Shown here one piece after another: positions 44,677-53,994 of a stretch of DNA of 64,000 bases. Numbering within the stretch: position 1 is the first letter of the stretch; each line of letters opens with the position of its first letter. The stretch lies in the sequence record MZ475898.1; one strand, given 5' to 3'. Position numbers and translations under genes: made by a program. The notes under the pieces are model-generated. The model ran no database searches and was not told where the DNA came from. It saw only the letters and a list, made by a program, of their open reading frames with translations.

Positions 44677-45777
44677 TTATCCACGAACCGCTTTTGCGAC
44701 TGAACGCACGTTCGCCAGAGTGAAGGAGAAGGTGCTTGACAGCAACCAGCCGCGGTCAGTGTTACCCTGGTTAGCGCCAGAGGTAGGAGTAGACTGCGTA
44801 CCGCCACGGGTAGTATATACCGCATGGTAGTCCTGGTCAGCCAGAACATACAACTCGCCCTGTTTCAGAACGATGTGCTCTGGAGCACGCATACCATCAG
44901 TCACCAGCTCCATACCCAGCAGGGTACCCAGACGACCGGTGATCAGCAAATCATACTTAGACACTGGGTCCAGAGCAGAAGAGAACTGATCGTTACCGAT
45001 AATGTCGTTCCAGTAGTCCCACGCCATCACGGCGGTAGAGGTCGGCAGCGGCCATGAAGCAACGCTGTTTTTCAGGGTAGACAGCAGACGCGGAGTCAGG
45101 TCACCGTGAACGTAGGTGATCGGGTTAGCGATACCAACAGCTTCGTCACACGCTTGTTTCCACAGACGGTCTTCTGCAACCATGATAGAAGACAGGCCAT
45201 CTTGCTGCGCACGGTCCAGCAGGTCGCCGTTGATCTGGTCCAGATCCATTTTGCTTACGCGGATGTTGGATTTCAGTTCGAACTCAGCCGGCTGGTAGGT
45301 ACGGCCGCGGAACTGGCGGTAACCGAAATCGGTAGGACCAGTTGCGATGATTGCTTCTGCCTGGTGAATTTTCAGTTCGATACGAGCAATGTCGCCCTGA
45401 CGAACGGTAGCACCCTTACAGACTTTACGCAGCAGACCAGCACGCTCAGCACGGTCTTCGATAGATGCAACGATAGAAGCACCAAGCGAGTCCCACTTAG
45501 CGCCAGAGGTATCAGCAGCAGCTTCGGCAAACAGTTCAATCTTCTCAGCTTCTGACAGACCGTTAGAAGCGTTAGACTGTGAATGAACCAGCTCACCATT
45601 TTGGAACGCGTTAGCCAGACGGCTGATCTGAGAGATCAGGTCTTTCTGGCTTGATGCGTTAATCTCACCAGTGCTTTGGCTCAGAGCTAATTCATTGCTC
45701 TTGCCGAAACGCAGGTCTTCAATCGGGGCGCCATTACGCAGAGTTACTTTCGCGCCGCGCATTAAGGAATTAGTCAT
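44677..45777 (-). CDS. Major capsid protein (HK97 fold)
   Basis: 366 aa after scaffold and decoration genes; EFELKSNIRVSKMDLDQ, IMVAEDRLW, GRLGTLLGMELVTD. Confidence 0.8.
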   Translation of the reverse strand: MTNSLMRGAKVTLRNGAPIEDLRFGKSNELALSQSTGEINASSQKDLISQISRLANAFQNGELVHSQSNASNGLSEAEKIELFAEAAADTSGAKWDSLGASIVASIEDRAERAGLLRKVCKGATVRQGDIARIELKIHQAEAIIATGPTDFGYRQFRGRTYQPAEFELKSNIRVSKMDLDQINGDLLDRAQQDGLSSIMVAEDRLWKQACDEAVGIANPITYVHGDLTPRLLSTLKNSVASWPLPTSTAVMAWDYWNDIIGNDQFSSALDPVSKYDLLITGRLGTLLGMELVTDGMRAPEHIVLKQGELYVLADQDYHAVYTTRGGTQSTPTSGANQGNTDRGWLLSSTFSFTLANVRSVAKAVRG

Positions 45778-45840
45778 TGCTTTGCTCCTGAGATTTTAAT
45801 CTCGTAGTTTCAGTTTCTAACAGTTACGGTGCGCGACGAA

Positions 45841-46563
45841 TTAGGCGCCGTAAGAGGAAGACATTTCGATGATCAGGTAACCTTTATCAGAGGTCGGCGA
45901 ATGCTTGATGATGCAGCCAGTCAGCTCAGTGCCGGTACCGCCGATAGTCAGCATACCGTTCGGGCCCAGGGTAGGATGCAGCACATTGTCAGCAGACCAG
46001 TCAACAGACGGGTCGAACATTGACGTTGCGATGTTACCCAGCTTGATGTAGCCGATACGGCCAACAACGTTTGACGCCAGACCACCGATAGGAGCATCAG
46101 CAGTGTAAGAACGCGCTTCGGTAACGGTCAGCTCGTATGCGTACTGAACGTATACGGTTTTGCCAACGTCATCAGCGTGGAAGTACAGGTCAGCGCCATC
46201 AACGCCAACGATACCTTTAGCAGACGCTTCGGTATCAGCTTCCTGGTCAGCTTTTTTGCCGTCGATTTTAACGAACAGCTTACCAGCATCAGGTACGCGA
46301 GAAGCAGTGAACTTTTTGGTAGCGTCGATAGTGAAGGTTTCAACGCGGTTCATGTGCGCAGGCGGCATGTTACGAGCCAGAGCGAAACCAGCGAACACTT
46401 CGTTAGCAGCACCAGTAGACAGACGCAGGAATGATTGACCGTTTTCACGGGCCCATACCAGCGCAACGCCTTCTTCGTGGATTACTTCGCCCGGCAGCAG
46501 GTCAGCTTCCTGGGTCTGTACAATGTCAGTAGCATTCTGATACAACATAATTGGAATCTCCAA
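45841..46563 (-). CDS. Capsid decoration/cementing-like protein
   Basis: 240 aa immediately upstream of the capsid gene; EGVALV...FAGFAL beta-tulip-like pattern. Confidence 0.55.
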   Translation of the reverse strand: MEIPIMLYQNATDIVQTQEADLLPGEVIHEEGVALVWARENGQSFLRLSTGAANEVFAGFALARNMPPAHMNRVETFTIDATKKFTASRVPDAGKLFVKIDGKKADQEADTEASAKGIVGVDGADLYFHADDVGKTVYVQYAYELTVTEARSYTADAPIGGLASNVVGRIGYIKLGNIATSMFDPSVDWSADNVLHPTLGPNGMLTIGGTGTELTGCIIKHSPTSDKGYLIIEMSSSYGA

Positions 46564-46598
46564 TAAGAGAGTAAAGTTTAACTAGCGTAAGGCCGCTC

Positions 46599-48704
46599 TT
46601 ATGAGCAGCGCAGACGGGCCAGTTTATCTTCGAACGAGTCAGTGGAAGCTGAACTCTGTGATTGAATAGGTGCACTATCTTCGTCACCCAGAAGCTGCGC
46701 TGCAACGCTTGGTTGCTGCGGCTTAACAGGTGCGGTGACCTGCTGTTGAACTACAGGCTGAGCCTGCTGCACGGTACCGGCTGCGGCTTCGATTGACTGT
46801 GCAACTTCGTTCTGTGCAGTTTCAGACATAGACATAAGAGTCTGTGCTTTTGCCAGAGAAGTTGTCAGGAAATCTTTACCATGCGCGATAAACGCGTTTT
46901 GAATCAGCGCGTTCGGGTCTTTGATGCCTGCGGCAGACAGAGAGCGAACGAGAGAATCAACGATCGGGTTACGCACTTCACCCCAGTAGTTTTTGGTGAT
47001 ACCCAGCTGAGCAGAAGACAGGGCAGCAATCAAACGTTCCTGATGGGAAGCAACAGTGTCGTTGATGGTAGACGATACGCTGGTAGTGGCTTCGTTGATG
47101 CGAGCATCAGATTCAGCAACCAGCAACTTGTCTACAGGCATTTCGATTTGATACGGCATAAAGCCATACGCTTCGACTGTACCTACAACACCGCTTTGAA
47201 CCAGGCTGTGTGAAACGGCACGGATGAAATTATCAGTTGCGAAAGATTTACGCGCAACTTCTTCACCAACAACGTTAGACACAGAGTTGAACGTGGCGCG
47301 AGCAACTGGCTGGCCGTCGTAGTACATGTGTACCGATTCGACTTTACCGCCGTTAGAACGGCTGAGGCTTACCAGGGTCGGGTCCAGTTCGCCGTACTGA
47401 GCTTGTACGGTAGACAGGCTGTCGAAGGTGCGATTAACGACTTTAGATTCAGAATCGAAGTCTTCATCGTCGAGGTCGAGATCATCTTCTTCCAGATCTT
47501 CGTCCTCGTCGAGGTCTTCGTCTTCATCAGCGCCAGACTCAGAATCGAAATCTTCGTCTTCGTCTTCGTCTTCGTCTTCGCCTTCGAGGTCCAGATCGTC
47601 TTCATCCAGATCTTCGTCGTCGTCGCCTGCACCAGATTCGGAGTCGAAGTCTTCGTCATCTTCGAGGTCTTCCTCGTCTTCGTCGTCCAGATCATCTTCA
47701 TCCAGATCTTCGTTGTCGAGGTCATCCTCTTCGTCTTCGTCTTCCTCTTCCTCTTCGTCTTCGTCGAAGTCATCTTCATCGAAGTCGTCTTCATCTTCAT
47801 CACCCTCAGATGATTCAGAATCAAAGTCGTCGTCAGAATCTTCGTCTTCGTCGTCGAGGTCCAGATCGTCTTCGTCCAGGATATCAATGTCGCTGTCGCT
47901 ATCATCGTCACCGGAGTTAGATTCAATCGGCTCGTCGACCAGCGCCGCAGAGCAATGCGCACAGAAGACAGGCTCTTCATCGGAGCTTACAGTAAACGGC
48001 TGTTCGCATTTAGCGGAGCAGCTATAGATGTGAGCTTCGACGGTACCGTCAGCGGCAGCAGAAGACAGAGCAGTAACAGCTTCAGGAGCGTCCTGAGCAT
48101 CACAGCTATCAACAGCCTGGCCGGTGTACGGGTCGAATTTGGCAACAGTAGCAGCGTTGAAGCTACCAGTGTTGGACAGAGCTGTGAACGTTTGAGCACC
48201 AGACAGGGCCTGCGCGAAGTTGCGTTGAGCTTCTTCGGCAGTCTCGCCAGTAGCGATCAGGCTCGCGTGTTCAATCTGTTCATCAGCGTTTGCGCTCTCA
48301 GCAAGGAACTGTGATACGCGTTCATCAGTGATTTCTGACAGGTCAGCAGAGCACGACGGGCAGCAGCCCTGAACGAGCGAAGCACTGTCGCTGATAACGT
48401 GGCTACCACAACCATCCAGACAGATAGTGTAATGCGCCTTCACGTCACCAGCAGAAGACTGAGACTGAACTTCGGCTTTCTCAACCAAATCAGGATGCTC
48501 ATCCAGCAGTTCGTTACCGCCGGTTGGGTTGTAGAGGTCAGCGCCACTTTGCGAAGCAAAGCCCACACCGTCAGAAGAACCATAAATCATTAAGTTCTGG
48601 CCTAACGCAGTGCGACGAAAGTTCTCTACTGCCTGATTATGGTTTTTACCGACACACAGGATACCCGCGAGTTGGGTAATCTTTGGCATGGTTAAAACCC
48701 TCAT
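46599..48704 (-). CDS. Prohead scaffold/core protein with two zinc-finger-like motifs and a long acidic tract
   Basis: 701 aa; CLDGC...CPSC and CSAKC...CAHC; ~160-aa D/E tract with four DFDSES repeats. Confidence 0.75.
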   Translation of the reverse strand: MRVLTMPKITQLAGILCVGKNHNQAVENFRRTALGQNLMIYGSSDGVGFASQSGADLYNPTGGNELLDEHPDLVEKAEVQSQSSAGDVKAHYTICLDGCGSHVISDSASLVQGCCPSCSADLSEITDERVSQFLAESANADEQIEHASLIATGETAEEAQRNFAQALSGAQTFTALSNTGSFNAATVAKFDPYTGQAVDSCDAQDAPEAVTALSSAAADGTVEAHIYSCSAKCEQPFTVSSDEEPVFCAHCSAALVDEPIESNSGDDDSDSDIDILDEDDLDLDDEDEDSDDDFDSESSEGDEDEDDFDEDDFDEDEEEEEDEDEEDDLDNEDLDEDDLDDEDEEDLEDDEDFDSESGAGDDDEDLDEDDLDLEGEDEDEDEDEDFDSESGADEDEDLDEDEDLEEDDLDLDDEDFDSESKVVNRTFDSLSTVQAQYGELDPTLVSLSRSNGGKVESVHMYYDGQPVARATFNSVSNVVGEEVARKSFATDNFIRAVSHSLVQSGVVGTVEAYGFMPYQIEMPVDKLLVAESDARINEATTSVSSTINDTVASHQERLIAALSSAQLGITKNYWGEVRNPIVDSLVRSLSAAGIKDPNALIQNAFIAHGKDFLTTSLAKAQTLMSMSETAQNEVAQSIEAAAGTVQQAQPVVQQQVTAPVKPQQPSVAAQLLGDEDSAPIQSQSSASTDSFEDKLARLRCS

Positions 48705-48734
48705 AAGGAATGAAGTCGTTGAATCGACAGGTTG

Positions 48735-48742
48735 AAATTAAC
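48735..48742 (-). promoter_or_regulatory. Variant promoter motif GTTAATTT
   Basis: One mismatch to GCTAATTT; 31 nt upstream of the scaffold ATG. Confidence 0.4.
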
Positions 48743-48767
48743 GAAAGCAGAAAAATTTAAGGTATTT

Positions 48768-49898
48768 TTAGACTTTTCTGCTATCAATATCTGACTGAGG
48801 AATATAGCGATTTTCGAAGTATTTATTCACTACTTCGACACCGTTTAGCGTATAAACGTTACGCAAACTATCTCCCCATACCATTAGTTCTGCCAGCGTT
48901 GCAAAGTGCTCCGTAGGCACGGATTTAATGGTCAGTGCATTGTTCGAATCAGGATGGATTCGCTTACCACGAATGGCCTGATCAAACTTCATACGGTCTA
49001 CGTTACGCAGCATAGTATGGTCCACAAAGTGAGCCAATTCATGCGTCATAACGTGGGCCATACTTTTGCTGTTATATCCACCCAGCAGACGAACAAGCTG
49101 TTGTGGACTAATAGCGATAACGCCGTACATAAAGCCACGAATCATGTACGTGCTAATGTGAGAACCGCCTACATCGTTACCTTCCTGCCCACCCAGAATA
49201 GAAACGTACAGGCGCTTAAACGGCAGATTAACGTTCAGCCCTACGGCAGGCATTACGTTGTCCTGGATATCCTTTAGCACGAATGCTGGTGGACTAACAC
49301 CGTTGACTGAGATGTTTAGGCCAGGGATATTCAGTTCATCTGCACCACGCACTTCGAGATGTACCGTACCACATTTAGGCAGTGGTTGAATTGCGTAGTT
49401 GTTTGGCGTACCACCAGCATAAGCAATATCAGAGTATTGCAGAGGCGTGAATTTACCGAACTGAGGCCTGTCAAGTTCTCGACGTTGACGCGCTTCTTTG
49501 GATGCACGATCATCATCGATAGGAGTATCAACAGGAGGTTTTGGCTCAGGTTCAGGCGGTGGGATTGGCACTTCGGCAGCGGCAGGTTTTGGAACTTTCG
49601 CAGGCTTAGGCACTTTGACAGGCTTAGGCTTAGCAGACTTCTCCTCGTACGGAGTAAAGTCAAAGCCATCAAACAACGCATCAGGCTGAGCAGCAAAAGG
49701 TCTGCTATTAGCCAGTATCATTCCAGCGCTCTCCCCGCTGATTGCAACAGCTTGAGGGTACTTAGGGTGAGCGATGTAATAGAGGTCATCGTTAACTTGA
49801 TGGAGACCTACGACCTCGCGTGGCTGCATACGCACACCATTTGAAATCATAGTATCTCCACCTAAGTAACGGACGAATTTGTAGTCCGTTATATCCAT
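48768..49898 (-). CDS. Zincin metallopeptidase with N-terminal shared domain and Pro-rich linker
   Basis: THELAHFVDH (HExxH) plus downstream EHFA; start re-called at 49898 (TAATG overlap with the protease stop). Confidence 0.75.
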   Translation of the reverse strand: MDITDYKFVRYLGGDTMISNGVRMQPREVVGLHQVNDDLYYIAHPKYPQAVAISGESAGMILANSRPFAAQPDALFDGFDFTPYEEKSAKPKPVKVPKPAKVPKPAAAEVPIPPPEPEPKPPVDTPIDDDRASKEARQRRELDRPQFGKFTPLQYSDIAYAGGTPNNYAIQPLPKCGTVHLEVRGADELNIPGLNISVNGVSPPAFVLKDIQDNVMPAVGLNVNLPFKRLYVSILGGQEGNDVGGSHISTYMIRGFMYGVIAISPQQLVRLLGGYNSKSMAHVMTHELAHFVDHTMLRNVDRMKFDQAIRGKRIHPDSNNALTIKSVPTEHFATLAELMVWGDSLRNVYTLNGVEVVNKYFENRYIPQSDIDSRKV

Positions 49899-50677
49899 TA
49901 ACGCATCCGCAGCAGGTGTTCTTTGTACGTTGCAGCACAAGCAAACGCTGGGTCATCCACAGAGCTACACTCGAAACCAGTGAGGCCCTTACAGTCACGA
50001 TACACCAGACGGCCTGTACGTGCATCCAAATACGTAGGCTTGTTGAACGCTGTGTGCGAACAGAAGTTACGATTCTTCGGCGTTACCATCTGACCACAGA
50101 TACTGCATTTATAAGCACGGTAGGTTGTGCCCTTGCTGTATGTGTTCAGTTCACCGCTGAGAATACGGTCACAACGTTCCTTACAGCGCGTGCGGTCAAA
50201 CGCCAGCAACAGAGTCAGACGCGCATGATTGCCACGGAAGTTTTTCAGCTTAGACAGGTTCGAGTCAAAGATCATGCCCATTGCTTGGCGATAGTCTTTG
50301 TTGTTGTGCTCGATAAACGTCGGCTTACCAATGAACGTCTGATACGCAAGGCGTCCTTGATCAGGGTTAAACGTCAACCATTCCTGCAAGCTGAATGCAT
50401 CACCGTTAGTGTTCGGCAGCTCCGTGATGTTTACCACAACAGGCGCAATGATATAGTCACGGATATCACGCGAGGTGTTGTACATCTCAGCAGCTTTAGG
50501 CAGCCACACGTTAACGTCGAGGTTAAAAGATCCCGTCTCAATACCGAAACGCGAAGCATCAACACGAATAGACTTAGCGTTTCGGCTAACATCTTCTTTG
50601 TGCATATCAATCGCGTTCAGTCCGACGAGGCCCATGTCTGAGGTATCAAACGACTCAGACTTGATGAGCTGGGTCAT
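49898..50677 (-). CDS. Prohead maturation protease (HK97/S78-like) with zinc ribbon
   Basis: KPTFIEHN (His), SKG (Ser candidate), CSICG...CSH, FECSSVDDPAF terminal motif; upstream of scaffold and capsid genes. Confidence 0.75.
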   Translation of the reverse strand: MTQLIKSESFDTSDMGLVGLNAIDMHKEDVSRNAKSIRVDASRFGIETGSFNLDVNVWLPKAAEMYNTSRDIRDYIIAPVVVNITELPNTNGDAFSLQEWLTFNPDQGRLAYQTFIGKPTFIEHNNKDYRQAMGMIFDSNLSKLKNFRGNHARLTLLLAFDRTRCKERCDRILSGELNTYSKGTTYRAYKCSICGQMVTPKNRNFCSHTAFNKPTYLDARTGRLVYRDCKGLTGFECSSVDDPAFACAATYKEHLLRMR

Positions 50678-50687
50678 CGTGTTCTCC

Positions 50688-51104
50688 CTATTGGAAATTG
50701 TTTATGTTATCAAGGCCGCAATTGGCTAGACGCACATGCGACTCGGGCACCTCGAAGAGTTGAGAGCAACCCAAGTCGGTCAGTTGATATATCAATCGTC
50801 CATTAGAAATTATTGCGTTTTCAACATAGGCAGCAACTTCTGTACCATCTTCTTGCTTGACCATAACTTCAACTCCAGGATAGAATACGTCGAAACTCTT
50901 GGAGCTAAAGATAGGTCGAACAATGTCGGTCTCTGCAACAGGATGCTGGGCATAGCGCGTTTGAATCATATACAGCGCACAGTCACCGCTGATCAGGATA
51001 GTATTGATTGTGCCACGCAGATTGTACGGAGCACCCTGAGCAGTAGTGCCAGCAACGAACGTGACAATATCACCGATGTTATACGCAAACGAGAACTGAG
51101 CCAT
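50688..51104 (-). CDS. Hypothetical protein with tandem SH3/KOW-like barrels
   Basis: Start re-called at ATG 51104 (GAGG SD); YNIGDIV and FYPGVEV repeats. Confidence 0.6.
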   Translation of the reverse strand: MAQFSFAYNIGDIVTFVAGTTAQGAPYNLRGTINTILISGDCALYMIQTRYAQHPVAETDIVRPIFSSKSFDVFYPGVEVMVKQEDGTEVAAYVENAIISNGRLIYQLTDLGCSQLFEVPESHVRLANCGLDNINNFQ

Positions 51105-51105
51105 G

Positions 51106-51960
51106 TTAACCTCGAAGTGCACCACGCGCCCAAGACTTAGCGAGAGCCAGAGTCATGCGGCTAGGGTTCTGGAGTTTGACTTCACCTCGATGAACAGCAG
51201 TGAACGGTTCATTAGGGTTCTCGCTGCGTCCAGAACGATACGCAGATTCATTGAAGCCATCAAACAAAGTAACCAGCCAGCCAGTTGACTTATCAGAGCA
51301 TTCGCCGCACTTGTTGTCCCAGCTAATCTTACCGCATGTACGGCCACCAGCATTGATAGCGTATGACACACGGTCTTTGTCAGAGTAAACGTCCTTAGCA
51401 CGAATGGTCTTGAACGTCACACGAGACGAGGATTCGGAGCGCGGCATCATGCGTGCTTTAATCGCTTCTGCATCAATCGAGGACCAGAATGATTCAAACA
51501 GCATACCTAGCTTCTGATCGATAGGCAGCTTGAGTCCATTGATTTGCGCAATGGTACTGGAGCTATCATTGATAACGCGATTCAGGAAGTAGCCACCAAT
51601 GATTATCGGCAGCTGTGTTCCCTGTGAGCCTACAGTGATACCAGATTGCTTGCAGTAGATCTCAGACAGACCGATAGCAAGACGCGCAAGAACCTTGAAC
51701 GTCTCCTTCTCTGTCGTGTTTGCGATTTCAGTATACAGACGCGCTGCAATGTTCGGCACGACTGTACGCTTGGCAACGCTGGCAATATCTTCGGCTGTGA
51801 TAGTCTGGCCCAGTTTCTTCTTGGCAGCTAACGCAAAGGCGTTATACAGGCTGGCTTTGTTCTCCGACGTCAGGGCCTCGTTCAGCTTGCTGATCGTCGT
51901 CTCCGCGCTGCTTTTCAGACTCGGAGTTTGAACTGTTTTGAGTCTCGCAACTTTCGGCAT
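51106..51960 (-). CDS. Hypothetical protein
   Basis: 284 aa; CAGGAG SD. Confidence 0.7.
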   Translation of the reverse strand: MPKVARLKTVQTPSLKSSAETTISKLNEALTSENKASLYNAFALAAKKKLGQTITAEDIASVAKRTVVPNIAARLYTEIANTTEKETFKVLARLAIGLSEIYCKQSGITVGSQGTQLPIIIGGYFLNRVINDSSSTIAQINGLKLPIDQKLGMLFESFWSSIDAEAIKARMMPRSESSSRVTFKTIRAKDVYSDKDRVSYAINAGGRTCGKISWDNKCGECSDKSTGWLVTLFDGFNESAYRSGRSENPNEPFTAVHRGEVKLQNPSRMTLALAKSWARGALRG

Positions 51961-53074
51961 TGGAGTTTTTCTCCTGGTTGAGGGCTTGCTTCGCTAAAAT
52001 CCCAAGCAGGCCAGAGGCTTTGATTTCTGTCTCAACGTCAAGCCCACGATGCAGACTGAGTTGAGCTAAATAGTTCAATGCAGGTTCGACCATATTAAGA
52101 TTACGACAACCCCAATAGGCACATTCGTAACATAAGTCTAAATTAACAGAGGTCTGGTCAAACAAGAAACTTTTTGGATTCTGTTGCGCAACAGACAGTC
52201 CCTGGATAGCCATGCCCACAGAGTTGATCATATCGTCACGGCGATAGAAAATATCAGACAACATCGCGTAGCATTCAATACGATCAGAGCGGGCTGCAAT
52301 AGCACGGTAGCAGCAGTTAACGGCTTCCTGAATAAAGCCCTGCTTGAACGTTGCTTTTGACAGTTCCAGATTAGCCACAGCAACATAGTCAGACCACGTT
52401 GCGAGTTTGGTGAGACGTGCCACTTCGGCGCGTGCATCATCAAGCAGGTCAGCACGGTCATAGTAAGCAACCGAGTAGCACAGCTCACGCGCATAGTAAA
52501 ACGAGCAACGCTGGTCACGAGGCCAATCGCCCGCATCACGCGCCAGCTCCATGAGATAACCACGAGGCTTAGTGTGATCTGGGAAATGGTCAGTAGCGAA
52601 CTCAGCACGCACAGTATGCGGTGGGTTACCTTCACGAATACGCATCAATACTTCATGCGCACGGTAACGCCACGTATACGCTCGGCTCTTGTATGCTTTC
52701 ATCTGGTCATACTGGCTATCGCCGTTACGCATCAGAATCCAAACACCATCAGCCTGTTCAATGTCAGGCATCTGACGTAACTTCTCAACCCAATCTGGAT
52801 CGTCGAAGCGTTCATCAATGTCCAGCCAAACGATTAAATCATCTTCATGGAATGGCGCAGCGGCCAGGTCGCGACTTGCACCCAGATTGCGTTCTTCGGA
52901 GATGTCCGTAGAGTGATACAGCGCTGGGTGCGCGAACTCGGAAACAATCTGAGTCGTTGCATCAATGCTGCCTGTGTCCACGATACTGATAGCATCAGCA
53001 GCAGACACATGCTTCAACCACTCGGCCATATTCTTTTCTTCATCACGGCAGATAGCCGCTACGCAAATTCTCAT
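51842..53074 (-). CDS. GT2 family glycosyltransferase with TPR-like C-terminus
   Basis: ICRDEEKN, IVDTGSIDAT, WLDIDE (DxD), YRAHE; helical repeats (FYYAREL, AVNCCYRAI). Confidence 0.9.
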   Translation of the reverse strand: MRICVAAICRDEEKNMAEWLKHVSAADAISIVDTGSIDATTQIVSEFAHPALYHSTDISEERNLGASRDLAAAPFHEDDLIVWLDIDERFDDPDWVEKLRQMPDIEQADGVWILMRNGDSQYDQMKAYKSRAYTWRYRAHEVLMRIREGNPPHTVRAEFATDHFPDHTKPRGYLMELARDAGDWPRDQRCSFYYARELCYSVAYYDRADLLDDARAEVARLTKLATWSDYVAVANLELSKATFKQGFIQEAVNCCYRAIAARSDRIECYAMLSDIFYRRDDMINSVGMAIQGLSVAQQNPKSFLFDQTSVNLDLCYECAYWGCRNLNMVEPALNYLAQLSLHRGLDVETEIKASGLLGILAKQALNQEKNSNAESCETQNSSNSESEKQRGDDDQQAERGPDVGEQSQPV

Positions 53075-53085
53075 GAGTGCCTCTT

Positions 53086-53994
53086 TTATACAAGAACGTT
53101 ACCGCTATCCCACCACTTCTTGCCATAGATTTCAGACAGGCGGTAGTCAAGCACGATTGGTTGGTCAAGATCGACCTGAAGGATATCGCGACCTAGTGCA
53201 GCGCTATAAACTGTTTTCTCCTCAGTGTATACGCGTATCTCTAGTTCCATGTCGCCTTGCGAATACTTGGGAACGAACGGCACATTCAGATCGCCATTGA
53301 ACCCCTGACCGAGCGTATCGTCAAAGTAAGTAGACATACGAATCTCGGTGCCCTGATTGATAACTGTAGGTGCGTACACCGTGCGATTGTTATACGCCGT
53401 GTAGTCAGCTACCGTGGACTGTTGTACCAGGCGCCGCTTATAGATGCGCGTTACGCCTTTGTCGTCCACTACCGTACGATACTGATTGTAGAACCAGTTG
53501 ATCTCATAGAACTTAACTGGCTTGAGGCCAGCAGATGAAACCAACGAGGCAGTCATACGGTGATAGGTCTTCTCCGTATTCAGACGGTAGAGCAGAATCT
53601 TAAACGCGTACCATTGGTAAACGTCTAACGTGATTGAGCCTGCATCTGATTGCTGAGTACCGTTAGTGAGGATATACGAGAAGCAATCACCACCAACGTA
53701 ACCGCTACGGGGATCGTAAATGAACGCATCACTAAAGCTATTCAGTTCGACAGTACCTAACAGTGGGTCGCTCACTTTGATTGCAGCAAGGCGCCAACCA
53801 CGCTGGGCTGGAACCTTGTCGAGAACGCCTTCTGTGGGACTGTGGCCTGTTAGCTCGTCGCGTGCGCCTTGCAGAATTTGATCGATAGTGATTTCAGTTT
53901 TACCTGAGTTCTTCACACGTATCGTTCTGTTTGGTGCTATTGGCTTATAGTTGCGCCAGTAGTCAAACGTACAAGGCAAAGAGAGCATAGTCAC
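53086..53994 (-). CDS. Virion protein with Ig/cadherin-like domain
   Basis: FIYDPRSGYVGGDCFSYILTNG Big_9-like motif. Confidence 0.6.
   Translation of the reverse strand: MTMLSLPCTFDYWRNYKPIAPNRTIRVKNSGKTEITIDQILQGARDELTGHSPTEGVLDKVPAQRGWRLAAIKVSDPLLGTVELNSFSDAFIYDPRSGYVGGDCFSYILTNGTQQSDAGSITLDVYQWYAFKILLYRLNTEKTYHRMTASLVSSAGLKPVKFYEINWFYNQYRTVVDDKGVTRIYKRRLVQQSTVADYTAYNNRTVYAPTVINQGTEIRMSTYFDDTLGQGFNGDLNVPFVPKYSQGDMELEIRVYTEEKTVYSAALGRDILQVDLDQPIVLDYRLSEIYGKKWWDSGNVLV

Noticed and set aside
47369-48027. Long poly-Ser and Lys/Thr/Met-rich ORFs
   Set aside because: Antisense and alternate-frame shadows of the acidic scaffold tract (GAY/GAR codons)
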